A stretch of 64,000 bases of DNA from Perkinsela sp. CCAP 1560/9 (taxonomy: Eukaryota; Protista; Euglenozoa: Kinetoplastea), in the NCBI GenBank assembly GCA_965644495.1, contig CBFFSA010000005.1:496001-560000 (forward strand), read 5' to 3'. Below, piece by piece: positions 12,905-25,224 of the stretch (the stretch's first letter is position 1; the number at the start of each line of letters is the position of its first letter). A program made the translations under genes and the position numbers. The notes beneath the pieces were generated by a model. The model had not been told where the DNA came from, searched no databases, and was given only the letters and a program-made list of their open reading frames with translations.

Positions 12905-14008
12905 GAGGGTTGAAACCTGTTAGGTTTTGCCGGGTTTTGCCAAGTTTTCCCTGTTTTTGCCAGGACACCTAAATTTTGGGGCGTCGTTTTGGGAGACGTG
13001 CCACGGCTTCAGGAAGGGGTATCTTGTAAAAACAACGGCGTAGAAAGCTAGCATAGGTCCCAAACTCTCAAACTACTATAGGTGAAACGATTTTGAAAAA
13101 CTATTTTTTAAGCCTTGTTTTTCGCTAAGTTGACTTTTTTTTAGTTTACTTTTCGGAAAAAACTGAACTTGGCGGCCCCTCCCTGTTTATACCAGGGGGA
13201 ATCGTCCCCGAGTACGGGGGTGGAAAATATGTGCCAAGACCTTGGCTACCCTTTCTGGGGGTTTATTTCGAAAAATATTCTTTTCAAAATCTTCATTTTT
13301 TGTGGCGCAAAAAATGTTTTGCAGCGCACGATGGAGACCAAGTATGTTCTTCACTCATAGCTGCAGGATTATTAATAATTCAGTTCGGTAACAATAATTA
13401 TTATAAATAGATTATTAATAAATTATTATTGGGCTTTTACACTCAGATTTCTCGCCCTTAATTTTGTATCAAACAATATTTTCATGCCGAAAAGGAGCAT
13501 TGATGGGGATCTCCTTATGGAGTCGATGCTAATGCTTCGAGCATCATTATATGCACCTCAACCTACGCGGGAAGTAGGAGCCTACGCCTGACGCAGGTGA
13601 ATGTGCTGTACCAACAACAACTCCTTGTGGAGTGCTGATATCGAGGGCCGGGAAATGCCAAACTCTGTATTTGTATGATGTGTCGCAACGAAAATGAGCT
13701 TTCTGGATCTCGCGGTCTTCTCTGGTGCTGCCACCATACTGCTGCAAATGACGCCGACCATACATGTATGTCTACATGCGAGGGGCTCCTCATGTGTCAC
13801 TCGCAGCCCCTCGTGTAGATGCATATTGAATTATTAATAATATTAATAATTTGATTTTTTGAATAATAATAATTATTAATAATTATTATTACAAAAATTA
13901 TTATTGTAGCTATGTCTTCACTATTTTTTACAAAGTATTTTTCTTCGCTACGTCAATGAGGAATATGCGGGTTTTGCCAGGTTTTTCCTTTCATAGGTTT
14001 CAACCCTC
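12905..14008. mobile_element. PIF/Harbinger (Tourist-like) non-autonomous element
   Basis: TIRs gagggttgaaacct / aggtttcaaccctc with a 3-bp TSD (tca) on both sides. Confidence 0.75.
13356..13914. mobile_element. hAT-type non-autonomous element nested in the Harbinger element
   Basis: TIRs catagct.. / ..agctatg, exact 8-bp TSD tcttcact (13348-13355 and 13915-13922), AT-rich subterminal repeats. Confidence 0.8.
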
Positions 14009-14397
14009 TCACTTTTCTTGCCAATTTTTCTTTTTTTGGCCGCTTCGTTAAACGCGGAGGCAGTTTTTAACGCGAAGTGCGTAGCAGGATGTTCTCCGTT
14101 GAACCATCGCGTTTAACGAAGCTATTAAAAAGGAAATTCGTTAACATTGAATAGCTGAGCAGTGATTTTTAACATTTTAGCGAAGACAATCCGTGAAATC
14201 GTACCAGGCCGTGGGTATGCTAAACCGGACCCCCGTTTTTTTAAGCACTTCCGTATCTGCGAGTATTATCATACCAAAGTATGCTAAATTGGGCACTATT
14301 ATTAGCACTTGTAAATTACAGTAATTTGATGAGTTCACATTTATTTTTCTATGTACATTTTTTTACATTTTCCATTTTCTATCTATCTTTTTGTGCA

Positions 14398-15183
14398 ATG
14401 AATAGAAGAGTGATGGGGGATGAAATATTGTACGATTCGACTTCTACACTTCCAGAAATAGACGACCACCCAACTGAAGTTAAACAACTACTTCAACTAG
14501 CCTGTTGCTATGTGCGTAAGATTGAAAATTTGGAAGAACAGCTCGAAAAAACGAGGCAAGCGCAGAGAGCGAGGGAGCACCACTACGTGACGCAAATCGA
14601 AAATGTGAAACAAAACTACACTAAAAAAATAAGGAATGTATTGGCATGTCATAATTATCCGATCCCGGAAGGAACTGCTTCTGGTTTAAGTGGCACCGAG
14701 CATCCATTCCCCGACTCATTATTGGAAGAGGCAAGAAAAATAGAGGTACCTGCATTCGATCCTCAGTCAGGCGTAAGAAAACGGCTTCGTCGTCTCGAAC
14801 AACAGGAATTAAAGGAAAATGAAATTCTTAATGCTCATAACGATCAGTTAAACGTAAAGAAACGTCTACTAGAGCAAATTTCGTGTTCAAATACTATGAG
14901 CGAATGGTTGCCGCACATGTCATTATCATCAACGGACCCTGATAGACCCATTGGTGACGTAAATCCGGTAAATGGTGCTCTGAGAGTGCATCAAGAAACA
15001 AAAAAGAATAGTAAAATTCGACTCGATGGGTTACTTGGCACAACCGTCCAAAGCGAAAACAATAGCGTTGCATCCCACCATACGATCTCATTGGATAAGG
15101 TCTCAACTGATACCGGTATTGGATACTCGAATCTTCAGAAAGTGCTTCAAGAAAATGCTAATTCTACGACAATCATGCATTAG
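14398..15183 (+). CDS. Hypothetical coiled-coil protein (paralog of 18287..19093)
   Basis: ORF open from 14281. The likely start is ATG 14398, since the upstream part is T-rich and looks like a polypyrimidine tract. Shares an N-terminal helical block with 18287..19093. Confidence 0.7.
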   Translation: MNRRVMGDEILYDSTSTLPEIDDHPTEVKQLLQLACCYVRKIENLEEQLEKTRQAQRAREHHYVTQIENVKQNYTKKIRNVLACHNYPIPEGTASGLSGTEHPFPDSLLEEARKIEVPAFDPQSGVRKRLRRLEQQELKENEILNAHNDQLNVKKRLLEQISCSNTMSEWLPHMSLSSTDPDRPIGDVNPVNGALRVHQETKKNSKIRLDGLLGTTVQSENNSVASHHTISLDKVSTDTGIGYSNLQKVLQENANSTTIMH

Positions 15184-15682
15184 CCAGCCATGCATTAGCC
15201 AACAATTTTATTTCCACTTTCCCTTTGATAAAACTACATACAGGGGTGGGCACGAAAATGTGGGGGGTCAAAATTCGTTTGACTTGGCCATCATTGGAGA
15301 GCTCTCGCAGAGTGACGTGTCATATGATAATTTGTCAATTTTTGAATTTCTCATGGGGTCTGGTGTTGGCAACCACCTTTTAGAGAAGAGTGCCATAGAT
15401 TTCGCACAACACCTCGAATTTCATCAAAGGATTCGACGGAGCGGGAGCGAGAGTGGCTTTTTTTCAACACCCGGTCGTGAGATCATGCGAGATTACGCGA
15501 GATCACACCCATTGGTGAAAAGCTACTTTCTTCCCCGTAAAAAATCTTGAATCTTTTTGGGAGAAAAAGTCTTAATTTTGGGGTTTTTCCGCCCTTCTAC
15601 TAAGAACTTCTCTTTGTCGATATGTACGCATTTTTTAAATGCATAAAAATTATTGGCACAAAAATTATTGTTTTTTTAATTA

Positions 15683-16032
15683 CAGTGCGTGGTGTTATTA
15701 CGGGACGGGTTAATTACGGGACGGCTTAATTACGGGACGGGTATTTAAGGGACAATATGGGGGTGGGGTCATATATTTGGAATGGGACAAAAGAACTACA
15801 AGTGTAGCGCCCAAATCACAGAGCGCGCAAGTTATCAGGCACACATAAAAATGTTTTGGTAAGATAAGGGAACGAAAAAGGAGACAAGTAAAGGAAGATA
15901 ATGGAAAGAAAAAGGTATAGTAGAGCCTTAGAAAACAAAACGGAGAATTAAGGGACGGTTAATTACGGGACACTTTGGCCTTGATGGGGGGTGTCCCTTA
16001 ATTAACCCGTCCCGTAATAAAGCCCCGCACTG
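15683..16032. mobile_element. MITE, cagtgc-TIR family (other copies 43434-43766 and ~59466-59778)
   Basis: TA-cagtgcg...attacgggacgg / ccgtcccgtaat...cgcactg-TA. Three copies in the window. Confidence 0.8.
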
Positions 16033-16134
16033 TAAAAGTTGCATAGTTTCGCCAATAATTAAAAACTCAATAATATTAGTCGGCAGTGTAATTATATTGA
16101 GGCCGCCGAAATCACTTTTTATATTTTCTTTTTT

Positions 16135-18153
16135 AGGCTCTTCGTTAAACGCGGTGGTTGTTTTCAACTTAGAAGTCACTCATGCTGCGCGCTTCGCGTT
16201 GAAAACTACCGCCGCGTTTAAAGAAGAGCCTAAAAAAGAAAATTTGGCCTGGAAAACGGAAAGATTATAGCCAAAAATAGACGAATTTCGGGTAAAAATG
16301 GGGTGATTTTCGCTTATTTTTGCTGTCAGAGCACTAAATCCGACATTTGCGCGTGGGAAATCACTCGTAGGCATGAATGGAAGCCTACCAAACGTATTGG
16401 GTAGAGAATGCGACTCCAACCATACCATTCTTTCGACACTAAAATGCCCCTTTAGGTCCGAAAAATACTTTTTCACCTTTTTTAGTCAAAAATGGGTCAT
16501 TTTGAGGGGCGCACCACGGTTCGAAGAAGGGATACCTTGCGAAAACAACTGCGGAGAAGGCTAGTGTAGGTCCCAAACTATCAAAATACAATAGGGGAAA
16601 CGATTTTGGAAAAATATTTTTTTTGCCATTTTTTTCGCCAAGTTGAAATTTTTTTCAAATTTTTTTTTCCGAAAAAATCCGAACTTGGCGGACCCGTCCT
16701 GCGGATACGCGGGGGGGTCACCCCCGGGTAGGGGGGTGGAAAATGCTCGCCAAGACCCCGGCTACCCTTTCTGCGGTTTTTTTTCGAAAACTAATTTTTT
16801 CGAAAAAATTTGCTCGACCATGCTCGACTCATTTGCTTGACCCCCCCCTGGACCCCCCCCATGGCAACAGCACGTTGGTGCCGCCTCGGACAAGCGGAAA
16901 CTGGTAGAGGACGTCGGCCTCGGAACTTCCAAATCTGTCTGTGAAGGGTCTGGCTTGCCAGTGACCATCCGGAGCAATCGGGAATGATTTGGATATTTTT
17001 TTTCTTTCGACACAAAAATGCCCCTCGAGGTGCGAAAAATACTTTTTCACCTTTTTTAGTCAAAAATGGGTTATCAAGTCGCCAAGTTGAATTTTTTTTC
17101 AAAACTTTTTTTCCGAAAAAATCCGAACTTGGCGGACCCGTCCTGCGGATACGCGGGGGGGTCACCCCCGGGGTAGGGGGGTGGAAAATGCGCCAAGACC
17201 CCGGCTACCCTTTCTGCGGTGTTTTTTCGAAAACTAATTTTTTCGAAAAAACTTGCTCGACCATGACCCCCCTGGACCCCCCCCCCGGACCCCCCCCCTG
17301 GACCCCCCCCCTGGACCCCCCCCCTGGACCCCCCCCATGGATCCCCCATTTTTTTCAAATTTTTTTTTCAGTTTTGGACCACCGGAGCCCCCTTTTATAT
17401 TTTTTTCTTCTATTATATTACTGTGTTCCTCTTTATATTTTCACTGTTTTTGTTCACTTTTTTTTCAATAATCGAGTGCAGAGCGGTAGTTTTACAACCA
17501 CCGCAATAATAGTAATTAACGGAATGCTTTTTTTGGGCAGAAATTATTCCGTTAATTATTATTCCAATGATTTTTACTAAATTTCTACAAAACTTTAAGC
17601 GTCAAGGGAAAAGTTCTGCTGATACGTCTTAATCGATTCATCTTTTCGCGGTAACGTCGCTTTTTTTCTTCAGAAGAGAAATACTTCGAATTTTGTTGAT
17701 GAACAGACCGCCCACTGACTAAAATGTTTGGGAAGATTTTGGTGAAAATCTTAAAGAAAATAATTATTCCGTTAATAATTATTCCGTTAATTTTTATTCC
17801 AATGATTTTTATTCTGTTAATTATTTAAAAGTACTTTGACGGTATTTTGATCTTTATTTAACAAATAGATATTTAATAAATGGATAAATCTCTATTTAAT
17901 AAAAAAAATTTAATCTAAAATTTTTTCGAAAAAATTTGCTCGACCATGACCCCGCCCCCTGGACCCCCCCCCTGGACCCCCCCCTGGACCCCCCCATTTT
18001 TTTCAAATTTTTTTTTCAGTTTTGGACCACCGGAGCCCCCTTTTATATTTTTTTCTTCTATTATATTACTGTGTTCCTCTTTATATTTTCACTGTTTTTG
18101 TTCACCTTTTTTTAATAATCGAGTGTAGAGCGGTAGTTTTACAACCACCGCAA
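16135..18153 (+). repeat. Cluster of three partial family-A copies plus AT-rich segment B
   Basis: 16135-16862, ~17005-17507 and ~17921-18153 match 5588-6559. 17508-17915 matches 6560-6720 and, inverted, 27330-27714. Confidence 0.85.
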
Positions 18154-18286
18154 CTTTTATCCTTAATAACCGTTTCGCCGGTACATGTACATGTATGTTT
18201 CTCGATATGTGAATCTTTTTTCCTATTCAACAGCATGCGATTATGGAAACTATGACTTACGGAAAAGTAAGTATTAGTCCCGGCAT

Positions 18287-19093
18287 ATGAAACAACACAC
18301 TTCTTCGGCGCGCGCAACTCACGAACGAGAGCAGATGCGTCTTTTATGTACTTCCTACTCACGAAAACTGGATAATTTGAACGACGAAATCGAAAAAACA
18401 CGTAGTGCTCAGCTTAAGCGTGAAGCGTACCTTCTTAATCAAGTTGAACAACTCAAATTGGGCTATAGGAAAAAAATTGACAATATTTTAGGTATCTCTG
18501 AAACTCGTTCTGTTCAATCATTTCCTTCCACTAAAGTTGCGGGACATGACACGCTATGCACCTCAGACCTGCAAGCGTCGTACGAGGCACTGGGAGTGCC
18601 ACTCGAACTCCGAACTATACACTCCTCCCTTTCTGAAGATTGTAAAGGTCAAGATGATAAAGAGTCGACCAGCGATACCCAGTATGGCAACACCTCGGAA
18701 CGAGCGAATGTTTCAGAGAGTCATTCGAAAAAGAAAATATCTAGTCTCACTCAAGTATCGTCTCCAATCGAGGAATTACTAAAATGGTGTCCCCTGATGG
18801 ATGCTAGTTCGTCACATGTGAGCAAACTGGGCCATGGGGACTTGCATTCAGATCGTAAAACAGATCAAGAAACTGCGACAGCAATATCGCGAGAAACATT
18901 ACTGGATAGATGGTTCGAAGAAGTAAACGATTCTTCCTCACACTTTCATGATATAATTTCGGAATTTTCTGCTCCCAACAATTCTGGAACTCCGACGTTT
19001 AAAAAGGAGTTTAAAAATATTTCTAGCTGCTGTGGCATACCTGACAGTTCGAAATCGAATGACGAAAACTCGGATACAAAAAGTAAACACTGA
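18287..19093 (+). CDS. Hypothetical coiled-coil protein (paralog of 14398..15183)
   Basis: YSRKLDNLNDEIEKTRSAQLKRE..KKIDNIL aligns with YVRKIENLEEQLEKTRQAQRARE..KKIRNVL. Confidence 0.7.
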   Translation: MKQHTSSARATHEREQMRLLCTSYSRKLDNLNDEIEKTRSAQLKREAYLLNQVEQLKLGYRKKIDNILGISETRSVQSFPSTKVAGHDTLCTSDLQASYEALGVPLELRTIHSSLSEDCKGQDDKESTSDTQYGNTSERANVSESHSKKKISSLTQVSSPIEELLKWCPLMDASSSHVSKLGHGDLHSDRKTDQETATAISRETLLDRWFEEVNDSSSHFHDIISEFSAPNNSGTPTFKKEFKNISSCCGIPDSSKSNDENSDTKSKH

Positions 19094-19442
19094 AGAGCCA
19101 ATTGTTACATCACTTCTTTGCATTTTTAGGTTTCGATATATTTTTTAGCGAAAATCACTGAGGTAGGAATCTGATTCCCTTTCGGACGACTTGAGCATCA
19201 CGAACAATTGTTTTTTTCTTCTTTTTAACTCATTTCTTGCATAAAATTTTTCTTGCATTTTACATGTTTGCTGTTTGACGAATGAAGAGAGGCAATCAAG
19301 AGCGCAAAAAAAAAGAGGTAAATCTATGTTTTATTCAGATACTGTTGATTACTCTTTGTGTTACAACTTCTTTTCGTAAAAACTTGTTATCTGTGTAACT
19401 TGAACATTTTAAAAAACAAATCACGCGGTCTTACTATTGCGA

Positions 19443-20279
19443 ATGATCGATCTTGCAATCTTAGATGATGTCTTCATTTCGCAACGTGGACCACAAAAGG
19501 TTCGTGGATCTCAACTTCCTCCAGAGTACCAGTTGCAGCGTATAATACAAGATGTATCCAACCCTCATCCCACGTGGTCAAGCTCAAATAGTGCATGCAC
19601 ATGGTATGGAGTAATATGCGACGTGAAGGGGCAAGTTTCTAAAATTATTTGGAACGCTCAGAACCTTGAGGGAACAATTAATTTGCGCTTTGACAGCCCC
19701 TCACTGGAGTCGTTTAATGTACGAGGAAATTATCTTGAAGGGCAAATTGAATGGGTTGACCTGCCTACAGGTTTGCGAAATCTTGAATTACAACGAAATC
19801 GATTTGTAGGGGAAGTAGATTGGAGTTCATTACCAGCCGAATTGAATACTTTGTTTATTTTAACGAACTTTTTTCATGGAACGGTCAACTTGTGTCAGTT
19901 ACCTGTGGCCTTGACTAAACTCTTCATCGATGTGAACCGCTTTGAGGGTTCTATTTCCCTGCTTCAACTTCCTTCGTCTCTTGAAATCCTAAGCGCTTCT
20001 GAAAATAGTTTTTCATGTTCTGTCTCTTTGGCCCACTTGCCCCCCACTCTCGAAGTACTAAGTTTAAACGGTAACAAGCTATCCGGTCCGCTTTGTTTTG
20101 AAGCATTACCTCATTCTCTGGAGACATTAAATCTTCATGAAAATCAATTCAGTGGCTATGTAGATTTACGAAACCTTCCAGCGAATTTGTCTTATGTTAA
20201 TCTTTCAGGTAACCCTATTACTGGTTTTATTGATGACATTTGTCCTTCATTCGTGGAAGTAGGCTATTGGATTTCGTAA
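19443..20279 (+). CDS. Leucine-rich repeat protein (LPxxL-type family)
   Basis: ~24-aa repeats LPxxLxxLxLxxNxFxGxVxL after a CTWYGVIC N-cap. Confidence 0.9.
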   Translation: MIDLAILDDVFISQRGPQKVRGSQLPPEYQLQRIIQDVSNPHPTWSSSNSACTWYGVICDVKGQVSKIIWNAQNLEGTINLRFDSPSLESFNVRGNYLEGQIEWVDLPTGLRNLELQRNRFVGEVDWSSLPAELNTLFILTNFFHGTVNLCQLPVALTKLFIDVNRFEGSISLLQLPSSLEILSASENSFSCSVSLAHLPPTLEVLSLNGNKLSGPLCFEALPHSLETLNLHENQFSGYVDLRNLPANLSYVNLSGNPITGFIDDICPSFVEVGYWIS

Positions 20280-20504
20280 ATGTTTACTCTTTTAATAATA
20301 CTAAAAATCTTTTTGCCTCTACAATATCAATCTTTCTTTGTTTCAATCGATAAAACAGTACCTTACGATGTGTACTTTTTTATAATATGCAATGTACCAT
20401 TATATTATAGTACATGTATGGTATTGTACATTGTACGTTAAACAAAAAGAATTTTATGGATCACTAGTACTCTAGTGTTGCTCTCCGTTGTCCTGAACCA
20501 TGTA

Positions 20505-21410
20505 ATGCTGAGCCGCATCTCGGAAGATACAACCAGTGATTCATCTTATCATCTTTCAACGGACTCGGATTTCAGCGATGAATCTTCCCATAGTATTAGC
20601 AGTGGGGGTAGCTCTCCAGCTTCTTCCATTTATTCCTTACCTGTGATGAGTTCTATTGACAAAGCGCAAACTACAGACTACAATGCATTATCCAAAGCCA
20701 TTGAACAGTATTCATCGTTGTTAAATGACGGATTGCGTTCCTTTTCCGACTGGAAAACCCTTCAAAAGGTCCATCACCCCTGTCTGCAAAGAGATGCAAA
20801 TAAATGGACACGGTGGAGCAATCCCTTACGTCGATACATTCTTCGTCCTGTTACTGGTTCTGAAGTACATGAAACAGAGCGCAAATTATGTAAGCAGTTC
20901 GAAACTGATAATGTCACTCTTGTTCGTGGGACAACAGCGCATAAAAGCACAAGCCCGTCGTGCACAAGCCCGTCTCTTCAGTGCTCCGCACTAATGACGA
21001 TCAGCGGTGTTCCACCAAATATAGGTCAGTCAAATCAAATAGAGGTAAAGCAACAAATTACTGATCACGAAACAGCACGCAACGAAGATAGTGGTTCTAT
21101 GCTTTTCTACATCACACCTGCACGTACGACGTACCTTCGTCGTTGGTCAGACAAAAAGAGACAAGAAACACATAGTCAGAATACGCTAACACACCTAACA
21201 GAAGAAACCAAAGATAATAATGGTATATCTTTAACAGTGGTAGATGAATCGCAAGCTGCCTGGAAGTTTTATAAAAGCACTACCTCTGAAAAAATACGTC
21301 GCGAATTAGATGCGCGTCGTAAGGAGGATACCCATGTCGATACAGAAAACTTTTTAACTAGAGCACGTGATCGCACTGAGATTTACAGCGAGAACTTGAA
21401 GAGAAAATGA
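20505..21410 (+). CDS. BCNT/CFDP1 (SWC5)-like protein
   Basis: Ser/acidic N-terminus. The C-terminus LTVVDESQAAWKFYK..IRRELDARRKEDTHVDTENFLTRA resembles the BCNT-C domain. Confidence 0.6.
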   Translation: MLSRISEDTTSDSSYHLSTDSDFSDESSHSISSGGSSPASSIYSLPVMSSIDKAQTTDYNALSKAIEQYSSLLNDGLRSFSDWKTLQKVHHPCLQRDANKWTRWSNPLRRYILRPVTGSEVHETERKLCKQFETDNVTLVRGTTAHKSTSPSCTSPSLQCSALMTISGVPPNIGQSNQIEVKQQITDHETARNEDSGSMLFYITPARTTYLRRWSDKKRQETHSQNTLTHLTEETKDNNGISLTVVDESQAAWKFYKSTTSEKIRRELDARRKEDTHVDTENFLTRARDRTEIYSENLKRK

Positions 21411-21599
21411 AAGTTCTGTAATTTGCAAAAGGCTGAAAATTAGCACGTGAGTAATTAGAAGAATTTAAGTAGAAAGAAGGAGGTCTCTCTAAGTAAGTAG
21501 TAGTAACAAGCCAAAAATATACGTTGAAACTGAACCAAACTCCGCACTTTTGCTCATTTCTTCAAAAATATTTTTTCTAGTTACCGATCTCCATGCGCA

Positions 21600-22510
21600 G
21601 CGAACTTCTGTTGAGCTCCCATTGAGTAGAACCTAAGCAACCGTACCATGTTGGATGACTATAAAGGAATGCGAACATAAAAGAATATAACTTTCAATTT
21701 AATAAATTTTATTACATAACCATGTTGGAGTAATCTGTAAGGAAATTATTTCTTCGTTGTTGTAGACAAATATTTGCTAATGAATCTAGGCCAAGCTTGT
21801 CGCCTTTCTTCCGATGCGCGACGGTCAACCTGCTATATTACGTTTGGATTCAATTCATACAACCTGATTTAATAAGCCGTTCCCATGAAATCGTTTCAAT
21901 TTGCCAGTACATGATGAATGGAGGCCCGGCTTTCCAATGCGTAAGCCAGGATACCACGCTCTGGCTGTTAGAAACCAAAAGTGCTTTTCTTTGGTGTTGT
22001 TCGCAGGAAAAGGACTCGAGATATAAGATCTCGAGTCCTTTTCCTTTGTTCGGAGGGCATTGAACAGTTATGGGTTAGTTAAGTGTTTAAAGAGAATTGC
22101 TGCCTCGTCCATACCGCTCTCTTCTGCTATTTTGATGAGTATTCCTGTATCCATTTTTGCAGATGTTACTGGGTCCGTAGGCCAGTCTTTAAAAGACTCA
22201 AATTTTCGCTCCCTGAGAGTTCGAATTTGTACTCTTGAGTACGTATACTCTTGAGTACTCTTGAGTGCGTATGTTATAAAATCATACAGTACTCTTCAAG
22301 GGGAGGTGTCGGCACCGACTGGTGTGGCAGCGAAGCTCGCCCGCGGTGTTAAGTTCTGGGATCTTTTTACCCTTTTATTGTGCTGGGGGGGTTCCGTTCC
22401 TCCCATGTTAGTTGTTCTAAAATTTCTGCTGCCTGGGCTTTGTCCCATGCATACTGGATTTTCTCCTTGTCGAATTGGTCCGCAACGGAGGCGAAAGCCC
22501 GTGGTTTAGA
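21600..22510 (-). pseudogene. Degenerate DIRS/TATE/VIPER-like retroelement fragment (RNase H-like region)
   Basis: The minus strand gives LLVSNSQSVVSWL and, after a frameshift, VV*IESKRNIAG*PSR, resembling the DIRS RNase H motifs (DNxxVV; W-I-x-S-x-x-N-x-AD-x-x-SR). Many stops. Confidence 0.45.
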
Positions 22511-22525
22511 GGGTTGTTTAGATAC

Positions 22526-24440
22526 TACCGTCACCCCCCCCCCTCACTTGTCCTCCTAGGTGACATATCCTCTTTTTACAATCGATGAGAGGATATGTCA
22601 CCTAGTACCAAGATACGAAAGCGGGGACAAGTCAGGGGCAATGACGATACAATGATCATTATTATTTAAGATTCATTATTTACATTCATTTCATTACTCA
22701 AATATAGTTAAACGGGGGTCCCGTTTCGCATACCTGTGACCTCGTACCATACCGAGGGGGGTATGCTATCGACCCCGAGTCACGATACCATACCCCCCTC
22801 GGTATGGTGCGAGGTCACAGGTATGCGAAACTGAACCCCCGTTTTTCAGATAGAGAAGGTGTGATGTCCCACGTAGGTCATACTATCCCCCCCTATTTAA
22901 TAGGGCTACGTGCGACCCCCTCTTTAATAGGGCCATTCGGTCAGGAAGGCCCAAAAAGGTTTCAGGGAAAGTGCCAAAAAATTGTCGAATGCGCCGCGAA
23001 GCGGTGGATTTTTTTTTTGTATCTACCGCAACAACCCAAAGTGTATCAAAAGGGAGTTGCATGTTTCACAACGATAAAAAAGGCGCCGCGAAGCCTGTGC
23101 CGATTTTTTTCTTTCACGTTACCGTAGACCCCCCCCGAGTAATAGAATCGATTTTGGGTCAAAATGGCCAAATCCTTGTTACTGGGGGGGGGTATGCTTT
23201 TTGGGTGAGAAAGGACCTTTTTTGTTCATGAGTGCGTTGATTTTCAGCCTATCCAACCCCGCAACCACGCCATTCGCTCCCTCGCAACCGCCCTCACCCC
23301 GCCCAGCCACCCCCTCCCGCCTAAACACCCCCTCCCCCCTCCAACGACCCTCCCGAGTCAAATCCTTGTTACTGGGGGTCAGCCGAAAAAGGGTCAAATC
23401 CTTGTTACTGGGGGGGTCTATTACTGGGGGGGGGGGTCTACGGTATATTCCATGTCCCCCCCTTTATTAGGGCCTTTTGCCCAAAATCGGAGTCCTATTA
23501 AATAGGGGGGGGATAGTAACTCTATGGAACATTATTTGTTTGTTTTCTCCCCGTCTAACTCATTCTACCCCGTTTAACTCATTCTACCCCGTTTAACTCA
23601 TTCTTTAGTATAGCAGGCCGAGAGTAACTAATAGAAAAAATAAGCACACTCGAAGTCGGTACTAGGTGACTCGTCCTCCTAGGTGACATATCCGCTTTTG
23701 GCTGTTTTTTCCACTTTTGCGAGGATACATGTTTTGCGAGGATGTACTCCCCTTTTAATTAATTTTTATAAATGGGTCATTTAGGGGCATTTATAAAAAT
23801 ATATTATTTATACAAAAATATATTTTTTATGAATTATAAATCAAAAATCGATAAAGTATTTCCCGAAAACACCTCTCCAGCTGATTGAATTTGAAAGAGT
23901 AAAGTAAATGTTTTGTTTGAAGTTTTTGAGTAATTTTGTGCTTACCCATACAGTAATTGTAAACGATATAAGCTCATACCGTATATACCCCCCGTAATAG
24001 ATCCCCCAAGAACAGAGACTTGGCCCTTTTTGGGCTGAACCTCAGTAACAAGAATTTTTCTTAACAAGGTCTTTTCTCGCCCAAAAAGCATACCCCCGAG
24101 TAACAAGGATTTGGCCACTTTGGTCCAAAATTGATTCTATTACTGGGGCATGGATTCTATTTCCTTAATACATATATTTTAAAAAGTTTATCAATAGTGA
24201 CACACGTAATCCGGTCCCTTACGGCCTTCACCCCTGCTTTAATCCACCCATGCACCTTTTCACCGGTACCTGCGATCCAATCTATCCTTGACCTTTTCAC
24301 CAATTTTAGTTTTTACCCAACGTACCCTCTTCTAATAAATTTTTATAAAGTATAATTATAAATATAAATGCAAATGTTTTATATTTTATATTTATAAAAA
24401 TTTATTAGAAGAGGAGTATGTGAGGCGGGGTGACGGTAGA
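22526..24440. mobile_element. Nest of TA-flanked MITEs
   Basis: ctatccccc-TIR element 22883-23516 containing a ccgta-TIR element 23122-23443; ctcccc-TIR element 23747-24416 inserted in a ccgtcacccc-TIR element; ~135-bp palindrome 22710-22844. Confidence 0.75.
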
Positions 24441-24965
24441 TAGTAGTTTCTGCGAACCCCCAAAAAAATCAAAAAAAGGGGTGTCCCTAGGGGGGGGCAT
24501 ACGCCAGGAAATAAAAAATTGTTTTCGTAAAAAACGCAGAAGAAAGAAAAAAAGAAAAACGTTGGGTAGCCGGGGGATTGGCACGCATTTTACACCCTCA
24601 TACCCGGGGGTGCCCCCCTCGTATGCGCAGGACGGGTCCGCCAATTTCGGACTTTTCACGCAAAAAAATTTAAAAAAATGGTAAAAAGGGGTATTTTTTT
24701 AAAAACGTTTCCCCTATTGTGTTTCGAGAGTTTGAGACCTCTACTCGCCTTTTACGACGTTTTTTCGTAAGACACCCTTTATTGTAGCTGCGACAGGGCT
24801 AACAAAATGAGCTTTCCTTGGCTTAAATCCTTCCGTTTCCTTCAGCTTTCCAGGCCAAATTTTCTTTTTTAGACTCTTCGTTAAACGCTGTGGTAGTTTT
24901 CAACGCGAAGCGCGCAGCATGAGTGACTTCTAAGTTGAAAACAACCACTGCGTTTAACGAAGATA
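24440..24965 (-). repeat. Diverged family-A copy
   Basis: Contains cgcaggacgggtccgccaa and the terminal ~100-bp palindrome. Confidence 0.7.
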
Positions 24966-25224
24966 CTAAATTTACTACATTGTAATGTGTTCCTCTCTAT
25001 TATTCACTCTCTTTGTTCACTACTTTTCAATAACCGAAGGTAGAGCGGTATAGTTGCGGTTACAGTTATACAACTACCGCGACAGCTTTAAACCAAAGTT
25101 TGCTTTTTGGAAATCGAAAAGTGCTAACCAAGGACACCTGGTCTCGGTTTTATACCCGTGTCCTAGCATCCTATATCCTCTATTACTTTCTGTGGAATTT
25201 CCTTACAATTCTGGTTATTTTTCT

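Noticed and set aside
14281-14397. Hydrophobic N-terminal extension resembling a signal peptide
   Set aside because: Encoded by T-rich sequence resembling a polypyrimidine tract and absent from the paralog.
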